Source: an uncultured archaeon
Lineage (GTDB): Archaea; Nanobdellota; Nanobdellia; UBA10117; ARS21
Assembly: GCA_964010235.1 (NCBI GenBank)
Contig: CAXGHT010000001.1
Location: 1 to 36,502, forward strand
DNA length: 36,502 nt
Direction of reading: 5' to 3'
The position numbers and the translations under genes are program-made. The notes beneath the pieces are model-generated. The model saw only the letters and a program-made list of their open reading frames with translations. It made no database searches and was not told the DNA's origin. This document shows, piece by piece, positions 7,505 through 16,447 of the stretch. Within the stretch, counting starts at the first letter, position 1. Each line of letters opens with the position of its first letter.

Positions 7505-10500
7505 CTAGTTCCGTCTGATTTTTACCAAGAATCCAGTGTTTCTAATTATTAGATTTGGGTTTGCTGGTTTTTTAAGATTAAATTGAATTTCTTTTGTATT
7601 TGTTTTTCTTTTCAACTCAACATCATTTATACCTAATTCTTTACCAACATTAATCTGTACTAAAATTTTGTCAGATCTCTTTAACTTTGCACTTTTTCTT
7701 AAGTCTTGAATTTTACGAGTTAATTCTCGAGTGTATCCCTTTACTAACATTTCTTTGTTTTCATCTGGATTCAAATATAGAATATAGCTGGATCTTGAAA
7801 TTCCTCGCAATCCTTTAGGCAATTTCCGATCCACAATCACTTCTTTGTTACCGAGTTTGATAGTTTTCCCTTTAACTTTAACTCTGATTGATCCTTTTGA
7901 TATTTCTGAGATTGCCCTTTTAGTTGGAACCCTTCCTAATGCTTTAGAAATTTCATTGGTCAGTTTTCCATGAGTTTTTCCTGTTTCCCTGAAGTTTAAT
8001 TTTACTGAATAATTAACTCCTGAAATTGATTGCCGAGTAGTTATATTCATTGTATTGACTTGTGCACTTATTAGATCTGAATATTTTTTTATTGTAGCGG
8101 TTGCATTTCTTGAAGGTGTTGCAATTATCACGTCTTTGATTGGCCATCTTAAAGTCCGATTCATTTTATCCCTTAATGAAAGTGTGTCTGAAATTACACT
8201 TTGAATCAATTCAAATTCGTTTTCTAAATTTTTGTTAATTTCATATCTCTTTGTTCTTGGTAGTCTTTCCAAGTGAACTGATTTTTCATTTACACCATCA
8301 TATACATTCAAATTTTGATAAATTTTATCTGCAACAAACGGACTGATTGGTGCAAGTAGTTTTAGAACTTCAGTTATACATCTGAATAATACATAACCAA
8401 CGCTTGGATCCTTTTCTTCAATTCTTGAACGAACCAATTGAATGTAACTTCGACTTAAATCTTTAACTATAAATTCTGTTAAACCTCTTCCCATTTCCTG
8501 ATATTCAAACTCGTCAAAAGATTTGTGATATTTTTCGACTAACGAATTCAGTTTTGAAATTATCCATTTGTCTTCAGGCACAGTTATTTTCTTTACAGTA
8601 ACAAAAGGATATTCAGTGAGTAAGTAGTTGTGTAAATTCCAAAGCGTGTTTACTACGCCAAATGTTTCTTTCTTTACTTCATCAATGTTAAATTTTGCCA
8701 ATTCGTAAGGAGGAACATTGCTTGTGTAATAAAGTCTGATTAAATCTGCTCCCAAATCTTTAATTCCCTCTCTTGCCCAAACCACATTTCCGATGGATTT
8801 TGACATCTTTTCACCTTTTGAGTCTACGGCAAAAGCAGGCATACTAATATATTTGAAAGGTGATTTTCCGAATGCTGAGACTGAAGTAAAAAGCAATGCA
8901 GTAAACCATCCGCTTATTTGATCTACTCCTTCTGAAATTCTATCTACTGGAAAATATTTCTCAAATTGTTTTTTATTTTGTAATGGTGCGCCCATCCATG
9001 CTGCAGTAGCTACACCAGAATCAAACCACACATCAAAAATATCAGGAATCTTTCTATAGACTTGCCCTTTTCTATTCTTGAAAGTTAATTCCAATACGTT
9101 GTGCAAATCATAATTCTTTGGAAGCTTTTTTCCCAAACGTCTTTCAAGTTCCTTTTTTGTTCCAATTGCAATAATATCTTTTGGATTACTTTCATTAACC
9201 CAAATTGGAATAGGTATTCCCCAAAATCTTTGTCTTGAGAAATTCCAATCACCATAATTCATCAACCAAGAATTCATTCTTTCTCGACCGAACCCGGGTT
9301 TCCATTTTACTTTATTGTTTTCTGAAAGAAGCTTTCTTCTAATTTTATCAGTCTTGAAGAACCATTGGTTTGATAGTTTGAAAATTAATCCTTGTTTACA
9401 ACGCCAACACGTTGGATAATTATGTCTTACTTTTTCTTTGTGAAATAAACTATTAGACTTTTCCAAATCCTTTATGATTAAATTGTCGGCATCTTTTACA
9501 AACATTCCTTGATATTTTCCAGCATCTTCAGTGAAATTACAAGCATCATCTAGCGGAGATAGTTCAGGCAGACCATAATATTTACCGGCCTCGTTGTCTA
9601 CTTTACCATGTCCAGTAGCCATGTGAAGCAAACCAGTCCCCTCTTTAACATTTACAAGCTGTTCAAATACATCTTTTGCTTTGATTCCTTTCTTTTCTGC
9701 CGTCTTTGGAGGAATTCTTTCCTTCAGAATTGGAATGCTCATATATATTCTACGAGCTTTTTTGTTTTTGTTTAATGAAGTTTGACTTGGAAGTTCAAAT
9801 AGTGGAGAATATTCTTCACCGTCAAGAGTCTTTCCTTTGAATTTTCTTATAATTTTATACTTTATTCCTAAAGAGTCGAGTAATTCAAGTCGGTCTTCTG
9901 AGAGAATCAAATTTCCTGAATTAGTTTGAACTTTTACATAAGTTCCTTTTGGAGCTGCAGCGATTGCAACGTTTGAAGGAAGAGTCCAAGGCGTGGTAGT
10001 GAATACTAACAGTGATGCGTCATCGTTTTTTAGTTTGAATTTTACATATACGCCGGGATCAGTTTTTTCAGTTTGTTCGACTTCTGCTCCAGCCAGCGAA
10101 GTTTCACAATGAGGGCACCAGTGAATTGGTTTCTTTCCTTTGTATACTTGATTTTTATCAAACATTTGCTTGAAAATCCACCATGCAGATTCTAAATATG
10201 AATTATCATAAGTCAAGTAAGGAGTTTTATCCCAGCCCATCCAAGTTCCGTATTTGTTGTAAGTATCCATCCAAACATCTACGTTTTGATTTGCAAGTTT
10301 CTTACATTCTCGAGTAAAGTTACTAATACCATATTCTAAAATGTCTTTCTTTCTTTTGAACCCCAGTTTCTTTTCCACCATATTTTCAATAGGTAATCCG
10401 TGCGTATCGAATCCAGCAGTAAATAAAACTGAACGACCAGTCATCCAGGCGTATCTTGTGGATAAATCTTTATAATAAAAAGTTCTCAAGTGTCCCACAT

Positions 10501-10645
10501 GAGGATCATTGTTTGCGTAAGGAGGACCCTCAAGTAGAAAATATGGTTTTCCGTCTTTGTTTTTTCTTTGAAGAATTTTTAAAAGATTTATTTTTCTCCA
10601 ACGCTTGTTCATCTCACTTTCTACTTTACGAAAGTCATATTTCAT
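7505..10645 (-). CDS. ileS: isoleucyl-tRNA synthetase
   Basis: HIGH-type motif PHVGH, KMSKS motif, zinc motifs CPHCETS and CWRCKQ, 1046 aa. Confidence 0.97.
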   Translation of the reverse strand: MKYDFRKVESEMNKRWRKINLLKILQRKNKDGKPYFLLEGPPYANNDPHVGHLRTFYYKDLSTRYAWMTGRSVLFTAGFDTHGLPIENMVEKKLGFKRKKDILEYGISNFTRECKKLANQNVDVWMDTYNKYGTWMGWDKTPYLTYDNSYLESAWWIFKQMFDKNQVYKGKKPIHWCPHCETSLAGAEVEQTEKTDPGVYVKFKLKNDDASLLVFTTTPWTLPSNVAIAAAPKGTYVKVQTNSGNLILSEDRLELLDSLGIKYKIIRKFKGKTLDGEEYSPLFELPSQTSLNKNKKARRIYMSIPILKERIPPKTAEKKGIKAKDVFEQLVNVKEGTGLLHMATGHGKVDNEAGKYYGLPELSPLDDACNFTEDAGKYQGMFVKDADNLIIKDLEKSNSLFHKEKVRHNYPTCWRCKQGLIFKLSNQWFFKTDKIRRKLLSENNKVKWKPGFGRERMNSWLMNYGDWNFSRQRFWGIPIPIWVNESNPKDIIAIGTKKELERRLGKKLPKNYDLHNVLELTFKNRKGQVYRKIPDIFDVWFDSGVATAAWMGAPLQNKKQFEKYFPVDRISEGVDQISGWFTALLFTSVSAFGKSPFKYISMPAFAVDSKGEKMSKSIGNVVWAREGIKDLGADLIRLYYTSNVPPYELAKFNIDEVKKETFGVVNTLWNLHNYLLTEYPFVTVKKITVPEDKWIISKLNSLVEKYHKSFDEFEYQEMGRGLTEFIVKDLSRSYIQLVRSRIEEKDPSVGYVLFRCITEVLKLLAPISPFVADKIYQNLNVYDGVNEKSVHLERLPRTKRYEINKNLENEFELIQSVISDTLSLRDKMNRTLRWPIKDVIIATPSRNATATIKKYSDLISAQVNTMNITTRQSISGVNYSVKLNFRETGKTHGKLTNEISKALGRVPTKRAISEISKGSIRVKVKGKTIKLGNKEVIVDRKLPKGLRGISRSSYILYLNPDENKEMLVKGYTRELTRKIQDLRKSAKLKRSDKILVQINVGKELGINDVELKRKTNTKEIQFNLKKPANPNLIIRNTGFLVKIRRN

Positions 10646-10814
10646 AGAAATTTATCCTCCTGAAAATTTATATATGTGCCGTTAGTGTTATCGTTCTCAG
10701 AATAAACAAATGGGATAACCACTTCGCATGTAGGATTGTTTAGGTACAGATTTAAAAGAGTTTTGAGATGCCGTATTGTACAAATCTTTAAAAGTCTAGT
10801 TGGAACGATTCTCT

Positions 10815-11801
10815 ATGTCTGAGGTTAAATTTGAAGTCTGGACTGAAAAGTATCGCCCAGTAACTTTATCGGAAGTTCGAGGTCAAGATGAAATTATAGA
10901 TAGATTGAAAGCCTTTGTTTCCAGTAAAAGTATGCCACATCTACTTTTTGCAGGAATGCAAGGCACTGGAAAAACAACGTCATTTCTCGCTTTGGCTAAA
11001 GATTTGTACGGTGACGAATGGAAAGACAATGTTCTTGAACTTAATGCTTCAGATGACCGAGGAATTAATATTGTTAGAACTTCAATTAAAGATTTTGCAA
11101 GAACTAAAACTGTTTCTGAAAAAGTCCCATTCAAACTAATATTTTTGGATGAGGCAGATGCACTAACTAAAGACGCACAACATGCTTTAAGAAGAACTAT
11201 GGAAGATTATACTTCAAATGTACGGTTTTGTTTGAGTTGTAATTATTCTTCAAAAATTATTCCTCCAATTCAAAGTCGATGTGCAATTTTTAGATTTAGA
11301 CCACTTAAGCGAGAAGTTATTGTTCAACTTTTGAAAGATATTGCAATTCGTGAGAAACTAATAATTCCGGAAGAATCCTCAACTTATATTTATGATGCTT
11401 CAGAAGGCGACTGCCGGAAGGCAGAAAATATACTACAAGCATGTTCTGCTATTGCAGATAATGTTACTCTTGATGTTGTGCGAGAAGTTGTTTCATTTGC
11501 TGAACCAACGGAATTGTATGAAATACTAAAACTTGCTTTGGCAGGCAATTTCAAATCAGCTAAAGATAAGATGGCAGATGTTTTGGTTAAGTATGGTTTG
11601 TCAGGTATGGATGCAATTCGACAAATCCAGAAACAAATTTGGAATTCTCCAGATTTTGATGACAAGTTGAAAGTTAAGTTGATTAAATTCTGTGGAGAGT
11701 ACGAATATCGTTTGACTGAGGGTGCAAATGAGTTTGTTCAACTTAATGCATTCTTGGCAGAGGTTGTGTTGATTGGGAATGAACTATCGCCTCCAAAATA
11801 G
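10815..11801 (+). CDS. rfcS: replication factor C small subunit
   Basis: WTEKYRP, Walker A GMQGTGKTT, DEAD, SRC motif (QSRC). ATG at 10815 preferred over the TTG at 10800 used by the track. Confidence 0.93.
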   Translation: MSEVKFEVWTEKYRPVTLSEVRGQDEIIDRLKAFVSSKSMPHLLFAGMQGTGKTTSFLALAKDLYGDEWKDNVLELNASDDRGINIVRTSIKDFARTKTVSEKVPFKLIFLDEADALTKDAQHALRRTMEDYTSNVRFCLSCNYSSKIIPPIQSRCAIFRFRPLKREVIVQLLKDIAIREKLIIPEESSTYIYDASEGDCRKAENILQACSAIADNVTLDVVREVVSFAEPTELYEILKLALAGNFKSAKDKMADVLVKYGLSGMDAIRQIQKQIWNSPDFDDKLKVKLIKFCGEYEYRLTEGANEFVQLNAFLAEVVLIGNELSPPK

Positions 11802-11864
11802 ATTTCCTGAACTACATTTTAAATTGACATAATGTTTTTAATGAAGCTTGATTTATTTCTGATT

Positions 11865-12293
11865 ATGCCTGCGCAAGTTAATGATGAGGTAAAATTACAT
11901 TTTACGGGTTTCTTAGAAAACGGAGAAATGTTTGACACGTCAGAAGGTAAAGATCCTTTGAAATTGAAAATCGGTTCTGAAGAAATCATTCCAGGATTCA
12001 ATAAAGGTCTAGAAGGTATGGAAGTCGGAGAGGAAAGACAAATTCAAATTCCTCCTGCGTTGGCATATGGAACTTATCATGACGATTTAATTTGGGAAGT
12101 TTCCCGAGACAGTCTTGAGGGCGCAGCGAAAGTTGGAGATGTTGTAGCAGGAAAAGTAGATGGCGAAGAGTTAACTGGAAAGATTATAGAAATTAAGAGT
12201 GAAGATGTTTTGGTTGATTTTAATCATCCCTTGGCGGGTCAGACTTTGACATTTGATGTTAAGTTATTGGAGATTTCTGGCCGAAATTCTTAG
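11865..12293 (+). CDS. FKBP-type peptidyl-prolyl isomerase (short SlyD-like)
   Basis: VKLHFTGFLENGEMFDTS...IPGFNKGLEGMEVGE...LAGQTLTFDVKLLEI. Start at 11865 matches homologue N-termini, but 11832 and 11841 cannot be excluded. Confidence 0.85.
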   Translation: MPAQVNDEVKLHFTGFLENGEMFDTSEGKDPLKLKIGSEEIIPGFNKGLEGMEVGEERQIQIPPALAYGTYHDDLIWEVSRDSLEGAAKVGDVVAGKVDGEELTGKIIEIKSEDVLVDFNHPLAGQTLTFDVKLLEISGRNS

Positions 12294-12319
12294 TGGACAC
12301 TGGACAAGTCAGTGCGCGC

Positions 12320-12328
12320 CTTATAATT
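12320..12328 (+). promoter_or_regulatory. TATA box for the 62-aa ORF
   Basis: CTTATAATT centred 25 nt upstream of ATG 12349, the spacing of a leaderless gene. Confidence 0.45.
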
Positions 12329-12348
12329 GTCTTTATTTTTCTATTAGT

Positions 12349-12537
12349 ATGAAAATGATAAGAGCCTTTGCAGGAAACTTCCTAAATTCAGGAAGAGGAT
12401 ACGTAGACCTTAGAAATGTGGAGCAAACATTCTTACCTCGTAGAGTGAATGAAGTTTACAACCTTGAGCCTCACGAAATGAATGTTCAAGAAGTTGAAAA
12501 AATATTCGGAGAAGTTTTGCGGAGGTTAAGTTACTGA
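12349..12537 (+). CDS. hypothetical small protein (62 aa)
   Basis: ATG 12349 sits at canonical distance from a TATA box. The longer track ORF from 12253 overlaps the FKBP gene. Stop TGA overlaps the next ATG (TGATG). Confidence 0.45.
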   Translation: MKMIRAFAGNFLNSGRGYVDLRNVEQTFLPRRVNEVYNLEPHEMNVQEVEKIFGEVLRRLSY

Positions 12538-12719
12538 TGGTAACGGTTAATCAAATGCTCAACTTTGCTAGCGTGAATCGTGATGCTTTTTCAGAAGTTG
12601 TCAAGCTTGCTAGTGCAGATAACGATGATATATTAATACAGATTCTTGAGGAAAAAACTCAAGAAATCGGTATGCTACGCAAACAACTGAAAATTCTTAA
12701 GGAGAAATTGAATAGTTGA
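12537..12719 (+). CDS. hypothetical small coiled-coil protein (60 aa)
   Basis: Translationally coupled to the preceding ORF. C-terminal heptad-like stretch EEKTQEIGMLRKQLKILKEKL. Confidence 0.45.
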   Translation: MVTVNQMLNFASVNRDAFSEVVKLASADNDDILIQILEEKTQEIGMLRKQLKILKEKLNS

Positions 12720-12764
12720 TTTCTCCAGCTATATTTATTTAAACTTTGATAGTGGATTTTTTCC

Positions 12765-13925
12765 ATGCTTATCAAGAAACATGTTCCTAAAAAATTGTCG
12801 GAAATTATTGGACAATATAAAGGAATTGTTAAATTTTCTAGATTTGTTAAAAGTCAGAACAAGAAAGCCGTAATTATTTATGGAGAACCTGGAGTTGGAA
12901 AAACGTTGGCAGCGAGAGTTTTTGCAACTGAACAAAATTTTGAGTTACTTGAAATTCCTCCGTCTGGAACGAGAGATAAAAAGGAAATTATTTCTAAAAT
13001 AGGAGTTGCATCTCAACAACCATCGTTATTTGGAGGAAATAAGATAATTCTAATTGATGAGTTGGAATCTTTTGGTGCTGGAAACCGAGGAGGAATCCGA
13101 GCACTCATTGATGTTATCAAAAAGACAAAATACCCAATTGTTTTAACTTCAAATAATCCCTGGAATTCTAAATTTAAGACTTTGAGGAAATACTGTGAGA
13201 TGATTGAATTTGATAAAGTTGATTGGAAGGATATTGAACAATATCTTGCTAAGATTTGTCAGTCTGAGAAGATTGATGTTGAACCCGTAGTTCTGAAAAA
13301 AATTGCAGCAAGATCTCAAGGAGATGTACGATCGGCAGTTATGGATTTAGATGTACTCACAACAAATAAAGAAGAAGTTAAAAACACAGATTTTTTTGAT
13401 TTGTTTAGAGAACGAGAAGAGAATATTTTCTACGCAGTTAAGATGGTTCTGAAATCATTTGATGGCAATGTTGCTTTTGAGGCATTCAATAACGTAAAGA
13501 TTGATTCTTCAGAGTTCTTAATGTGGATTGACCAGAATATGTATCACGAATATTTAGATCCGATTTCTTTGAAAGAAGGATATGAAAATGTAGCATTGGG
13601 TGATAAGTTTAACAATAGAGTTTCAAAAACTCAAAACTGGTCCTTAGCATATTATCCGAATTTTGTAGTCTCGGTAGGAGTTCAACAAGCAAAGACGCGA
13701 GTTACTCAGAACATTTCTAGATATATGCGTCCTGAACTATTAATGAAAATATTTTCTCTTGCTGCAAAACGAAGAAAGGCTAAGGGAATATCACAACAAA
13801 TTTCTGGAAAGCTACATGCCTCAGGTAATGCCTTAATGCGAGACTTTTATCCTTATTTCAATTTTATTCTTGAGAAAAATCCTGAAATGGGTAAAAAGTT
13901 GACTGCTTATTTGGAATCAGAGTAG
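12765..13925 (+). CDS. rfcL: replication factor C large subunit (short form, 386 aa)
   Basis: Walker A GEPGVGKT, Walker B LIDELE, sensor TSNNPW, SQGDVRSAVMDL. Shorter than typical archaeal RFC-L. Confidence 0.8.
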   Translation: MLIKKHVPKKLSEIIGQYKGIVKFSRFVKSQNKKAVIIYGEPGVGKTLAARVFATEQNFELLEIPPSGTRDKKEIISKIGVASQQPSLFGGNKIILIDELESFGAGNRGGIRALIDVIKKTKYPIVLTSNNPWNSKFKTLRKYCEMIEFDKVDWKDIEQYLAKICQSEKIDVEPVVLKKIAARSQGDVRSAVMDLDVLTTNKEEVKNTDFFDLFREREENIFYAVKMVLKSFDGNVAFEAFNNVKIDSSEFLMWIDQNMYHEYLDPISLKEGYENVALGDKFNNRVSKTQNWSLAYYPNFVVSVGVQQAKTRVTQNISRYMRPELLMKIFSLAAKRRKAKGISQQISGKLHASGNALMRDFYPYFNFILEKNPEMGKKLTAYLESE

Positions 13926-14375
13926 TTTTTTCATTGGTTGGAATTTTACAGGTAAATTTTTCCAACTTCGTATTCCTGTTGTTTTCTTGAATCCCAATCT
14001 TTTGTAAAATGGAATAGCAAATAATGAAGACTTTATGTAAATTGAAGTGTTATATTTTCTAGCATTCTTTTCGAAGGTCTTATACAATTTTGTTGCAACT
14101 CCTTTTCGTTGATGTTTTGGATCTACAAATAATGATCCAAGTTTATTTCCATGACCTCTTAATACTCCAATTATTTGCCCATTTTCTTCGGCTACAAGTT
14201 TAAATGTAGGTCTAATGAACATAGCGAGATTTCGTTTTTTAGTCAAATCAAATCTATCAACATACATTTGTGTCGCTTTCTTTGTTCCTTCATGTTTGTT
14301 ATTAATTAAATATACTTTCTTGATAAGTTTTGCAGATTTTTCGTAGTCTTTTTGCTGCATTTTCCGAATCTTCAT
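13917..14375 (-). CDS. GNAT-family N-acetyltransferase
   Basis: Acetyl-CoA motif A: LFVDPKHQRKGVATKLY. C-terminal FYKRLGF. Confidence 0.8.
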   Translation of the reverse strand: MKIRKMQQKDYEKSAKLIKKVYLINNKHEGTKKATQMYVDRFDLTKKRNLAMFIRPTFKLVAEENGQIIGVLRGHGNKLGSLFVDPKHQRKGVATKLYKTFEKNARKYNTSIYIKSSLFAIPFYKRLGFKKTTGIRSWKNLPVKFQPMKKLL

Positions 14376-14394
14376 ATTGAATTATGTTTTGAAA

Positions 14395-14403
14395 CTATAT
14401 AAT
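14395..14403 (+). promoter_or_regulatory. TATA box for SRP RNA
   Basis: CTATATAAT centred about 27-30 nt upstream of the GGGG start of the GC-rich RNA. Confidence 0.5.
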
Positions 14404-14428
14404 CGTAATCCTTTTAAACCAAGATTTA

Positions 14429-14705
14429 GGGGCTTTATTGGGCTAGACAGGCCGGGTAAGCGCGGCTGTTATCTTGTATGCTGAGATGTTGAAGCTTGAA
14501 GGGCGGCATGGATTGTATGCTTAGTCCCTGGCGTGTGACGTCGAAGCGTTGCCTCCTCTGGCGATTAAAGATGAGAACCTGGTCAGGCGGGGAACCGAGC
14601 AGCCATAATTATGTTTATTTGTGCTTTGGAGTAGCGGCGTGGAGTTGTTCGTCAGTAAGACTTTGCATTTTTGAAATGTCCACCTTTGAGTGTGCCCTTT
14701 ATATT
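14429..14705 (+). ncRNA. signal recognition particle RNA (archaeal 7S RNA); ends approximate
   Basis: GC-rich island in AT-rich DNA. Contains the universal helix-8 motif CCTGGTCAGGCGG-GGAA-CCGAGCAGCCA with a GGAA tetraloop. A helix-6-like hairpin GTGACG-TCGAAG-CGTTGC is present. Long-range helix-5 pairings are CTGGCG/CGTCAG, GCTTAGTC/GACTTTGC and AAGGGC/GCCCTT. Confidence 0.85.
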
Positions 14706-14751
14706 CTCAAATCATATAAACATTTTAATACGTAAATCTGTTTTCTAAACT

Positions 14752-15084
14752 ATGAGTTACAAAATTGGAAGCGGATCAATTTTTCCATATATTGAGATTG
14801 GTGATTACACAGTTCATATTATGACAAATCTTGATTTGGAACAAGACAAGGATATGGATATTCATATTTTTTCAGGAAATATTGCGTCATTCAGTCGTCA
14901 AAATGTTCCTCAGAAAGATTTGGTGGATTTAATTCAGAACGGAGATATATATGGACAATTGTCCAATGCTGAATTGGCGACGCTTATTGAGCAAAATCAA
15001 AATAAGCTTCTACATTTTATTGAAAACCACGACGATTATATGAGAGGTCCACCTTATCCAGACTATGAAAGTATCGAAGGATGA
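14752..15084 (+). CDS. hypothetical acidic protein (110 aa)
   Basis: Intact ORF with a TCATATAAAC box upstream and a hairpin downstream. No family recognised. Confidence 0.5.
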   Translation: MSYKIGSGSIFPYIEIGDYTVHIMTNLDLEQDKDMDIHIFSGNIASFSRQNVPQKDLVDLIQNGDIYGQLSNAELATLIEQNQNKLLHFIENHDDYMRGPPYPDYESIEG

Positions 15085-15092
15085 TTTGGTAA

Positions 15093-15125
15093 ACTTCGGA
15101 AACTCGAAGTATTTGATTTATGTTT
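15093..15125 (+). terminator. candidate terminator hairpin plus T-rich tract
   Basis: ACTTCG-GAAACT-CGAAGT (15093-15110) followed by ATTTGATTTATGTTT. Confidence 0.35.
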
Positions 15126-15166
15126 CTATAATTGTTGCAGTTATTTGGGTTATATTTTTTTAGAAG

Positions 15167-15715
15167 CTAAATATAATTTAAAAGTTCACTCATTTTATTT
15201 ATTTTTCTTTTAATTCTCTTTGTTGCCGGATGTTTCTCATATTTTGTTTCAATTAGAACTCCATCTATTCCAACATTTAGAGCGGATTTTATATCATAAT
15301 TATAACTATCTCCTACCATTAGAGCTTTGTTCTTTGGAATTCCACGTTCTTGTAAAATTTTTAGCATGAATTCTCCTTTAGAACCATGATACTCTCTGGT
15401 TGCATGTACTTCATCAAAAAGATCACCTAATTGAAAATGTTTAACTCTTCCCTTAATTACGGCATCTGCTTCTTTAGGAGGATAAGGGTTGGTGGATAGT
15501 ACAACTAAGATGATATTTAACTTCTTTAGTTTTCTCAAAGTAGGAAGCACTGTTGGTATCAGCATTTGATGCTTGACTACTTTTTTAGCTGCAGATTTTG
15601 TTATTGTTTTTTTAGTCACAGGATCTATATATAACCAAACTGGGTGCTCTTTATACTTAGTCTTCTTTGGATACCAAAGAGTTCCATCACCATCAAAGAA
15701 AATTATTTTTTTCAT
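15167..15715 (-). CDS. HAD-superfamily hydrolase
   Basis: Motif I FFDGDGTLW, later LSTNP and GDSYNYD. Start at ATG 15715 because the track extension runs into tRNA-Ser. TTTTATATAG lies about 25 nt upstream. Confidence 0.75.
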   Translation of the reverse strand: MKKIIFFDGDGTLWYPKKTKYKEHPVWLYIDPVTKKTITKSAAKKVVKHQMLIPTVLPTLRKLKKLNIILVVLSTNPYPPKEADAVIKGRVKHFQLGDLFDEVHATREYHGSKGEFMLKILQERGIPKNKALMVGDSYNYDIKSALNVGIDGVLIETKYEKHPATKRIKRKINKMSELLNYI

Positions 15716-15748
15716 AGTAGAATAATATTTCACTATATAAAATTGTAA

Positions 15749-15831
15749 CGCCAAGGACGGGATTTGAACCCGCGACCCCCGAAGGGACAGGATTAGCAAT
15801 CCTGCGCAATACCAGGCTATGCGACCTTGGC
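15749..15831 (-). tRNA. tRNA-Ser (anticodon GCU), type II with long variable arm
   Basis: Acceptor GCCAAGG/CCTTGGC, anticodon stem CAGGA/TCCTG with loop TTGCTAA, variable arm CCC-TTCG-GGG, T arm GCGGG-TTCAAAT-CCCGT, discriminator G. No encoded CCA. Confidence 0.9.
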
Positions 15832-15854
15832 GCTAGAAAATCCTATGGTCAGCA

Positions 15855-15864
15855 GTTTAAAAAG
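15855..15864 (-). promoter_or_regulatory. TATA box for tRNA-Ser
   Basis: CTTTTTAAAC on the minus strand, centred about 28 nt upstream of tRNA position 1. Confidence 0.5.
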
Positions 15865-16290
15865 TTATACTTTTTTGATTGCTGTTTCCAAAAGCTTAGT
15901 TTGTTTAACTCTTTCTTCTTTTGGAGTTTCGGCTCTTTTATGACTTTCACCGAGGACTTTAATCCAAGGTTTGTTGAGATCACCTTTTTCTCTAGGGAGT
16001 AGATGAACGTGTAAGTGGTTTACACTTTGTCCTGCATCTTTTCCTTCTTGTATTGCTAGATTGAATTGGTTCGTTTTGTATACTTTTGCTATTGCTCTCA
16101 GAGCTTTTTTGCAAGTTTCAAATAATTCAGTTAGTTCCGCTTTGTTTAAGTCCATTAAACTTGTTTTGTGTTTATTTGGTATTATCATAACATGTCCCGG
16201 AACAATTGGTTTTAGATTGTATATTCCATAAAATTTTTTAGTTCTAATAAAAACTTCATCTTCTGGTGGATTATCAAATGGACATTTCAT
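15865..16290 (-). CDS. HIT-family (histidine triad) nucleotide hydrolase
   Basis: Histidine triad NHLHVHLLPR and upstream PGHVMIIP motif. Confidence 0.88.
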   Translation of the reverse strand: MKCPFDNPPEDEVFIRTKKFYGIYNLKPIVPGHVMIIPNKHKTSLMDLNKAELTELFETCKKALRAIAKVYKTNQFNLAIQEGKDAGQSVNHLHVHLLPREKGDLNKPWIKVLGESHKRAETPKEERVKQTKLLETAIKKV

Positions 16291-16299
16291 GAGTATGAA

Positions 16300-16348
16300 C
16301 CTTCTCTCCTCGGGGTTTATGAGGGTTGCCGAAGCAACTGAGAGAAGG
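16300..16348 (-). other. GC-rich nested hairpin between the tRNA-Phe 3' end and the HIT start codon
   Basis: Outer 9-bp stem CCTTCTCTC (16300-16308) / GAGAGAAGG (16340-16348). Inner hairpin GTTGC-NNNN-GCAAC (16325-16338), which reads as a UUCG tetraloop on the minus strand. The 3' arm on the minus strand overlaps the GAGGAGA purine tract upstream of the HIT ATG. Confidence 0.4.
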
Positions 16349-16352
16349 CGAA

Positions 16353-16426
16353 TGGGACTGGCAGGATTTGAACCAGCGACCTTCCGATCTTCAGTCGGGC
16401 GCTCTCCCAGGCTGAGCTACAGTCCC
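16353..16426 (-). tRNA. tRNA-Phe (anticodon GAA)
   Basis: GGGACTG/CAGTCCC acceptor, D arm GCTC-AGCCTGGGA-GAGC, anticodon loop CTGAAGA with G37, T arm GCTGG-TTCAAAT-CCTGC, discriminator A. No encoded CCA. Confidence 0.9.
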
Positions 16427-16447
16427 ATTGAAATCTCGGCCTGAGAG

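Noticed and set aside
10800-10814. TTG start for rfcS used by the ORF track
   Set aside because: The ATG at 10815 gives the canonical MSE...WTEKYRP N-terminus, so there is no need for the extra MERFS.
10646-10814. The longest protein-free spacer, considered as a replication origin or small-RNA locus
   Set aside because: No repeated ORB-like elements and no adjacent orc1/cdc6. I could find no C/D-box pairs (RUGAUGA...CUGA) on either strand. It is consistent with a divergent promoter region for ileS and rfcS.
11832-11864. Hydrophobic MFLMKLDLFLI extension of the short FKBP as a possible signal peptide
   Set aside because: Homologous SlyD-type FKBPs start at the position of ATG 11865, and the extension has no charged n-region. 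This is left as an unresolved start-codon ambiguity, not a separate feature.
14496-14735. 79-aa ORF (MKGGMDCMLSPWRV...) in the supplied track
   Set aside because: It lies entirely inside the GC-rich SRP RNA gene and includes the universal helix-8 motif. The open frame is a by-product of RNA-gene composition.
15716-15799. N-terminal 28 codons of the track ORF 15167..15799
   Set aside because: They run through the tRNA-Ser gene. The HAD motif I follows ATG 15715, which has a TATA box about 25 nt upstream.
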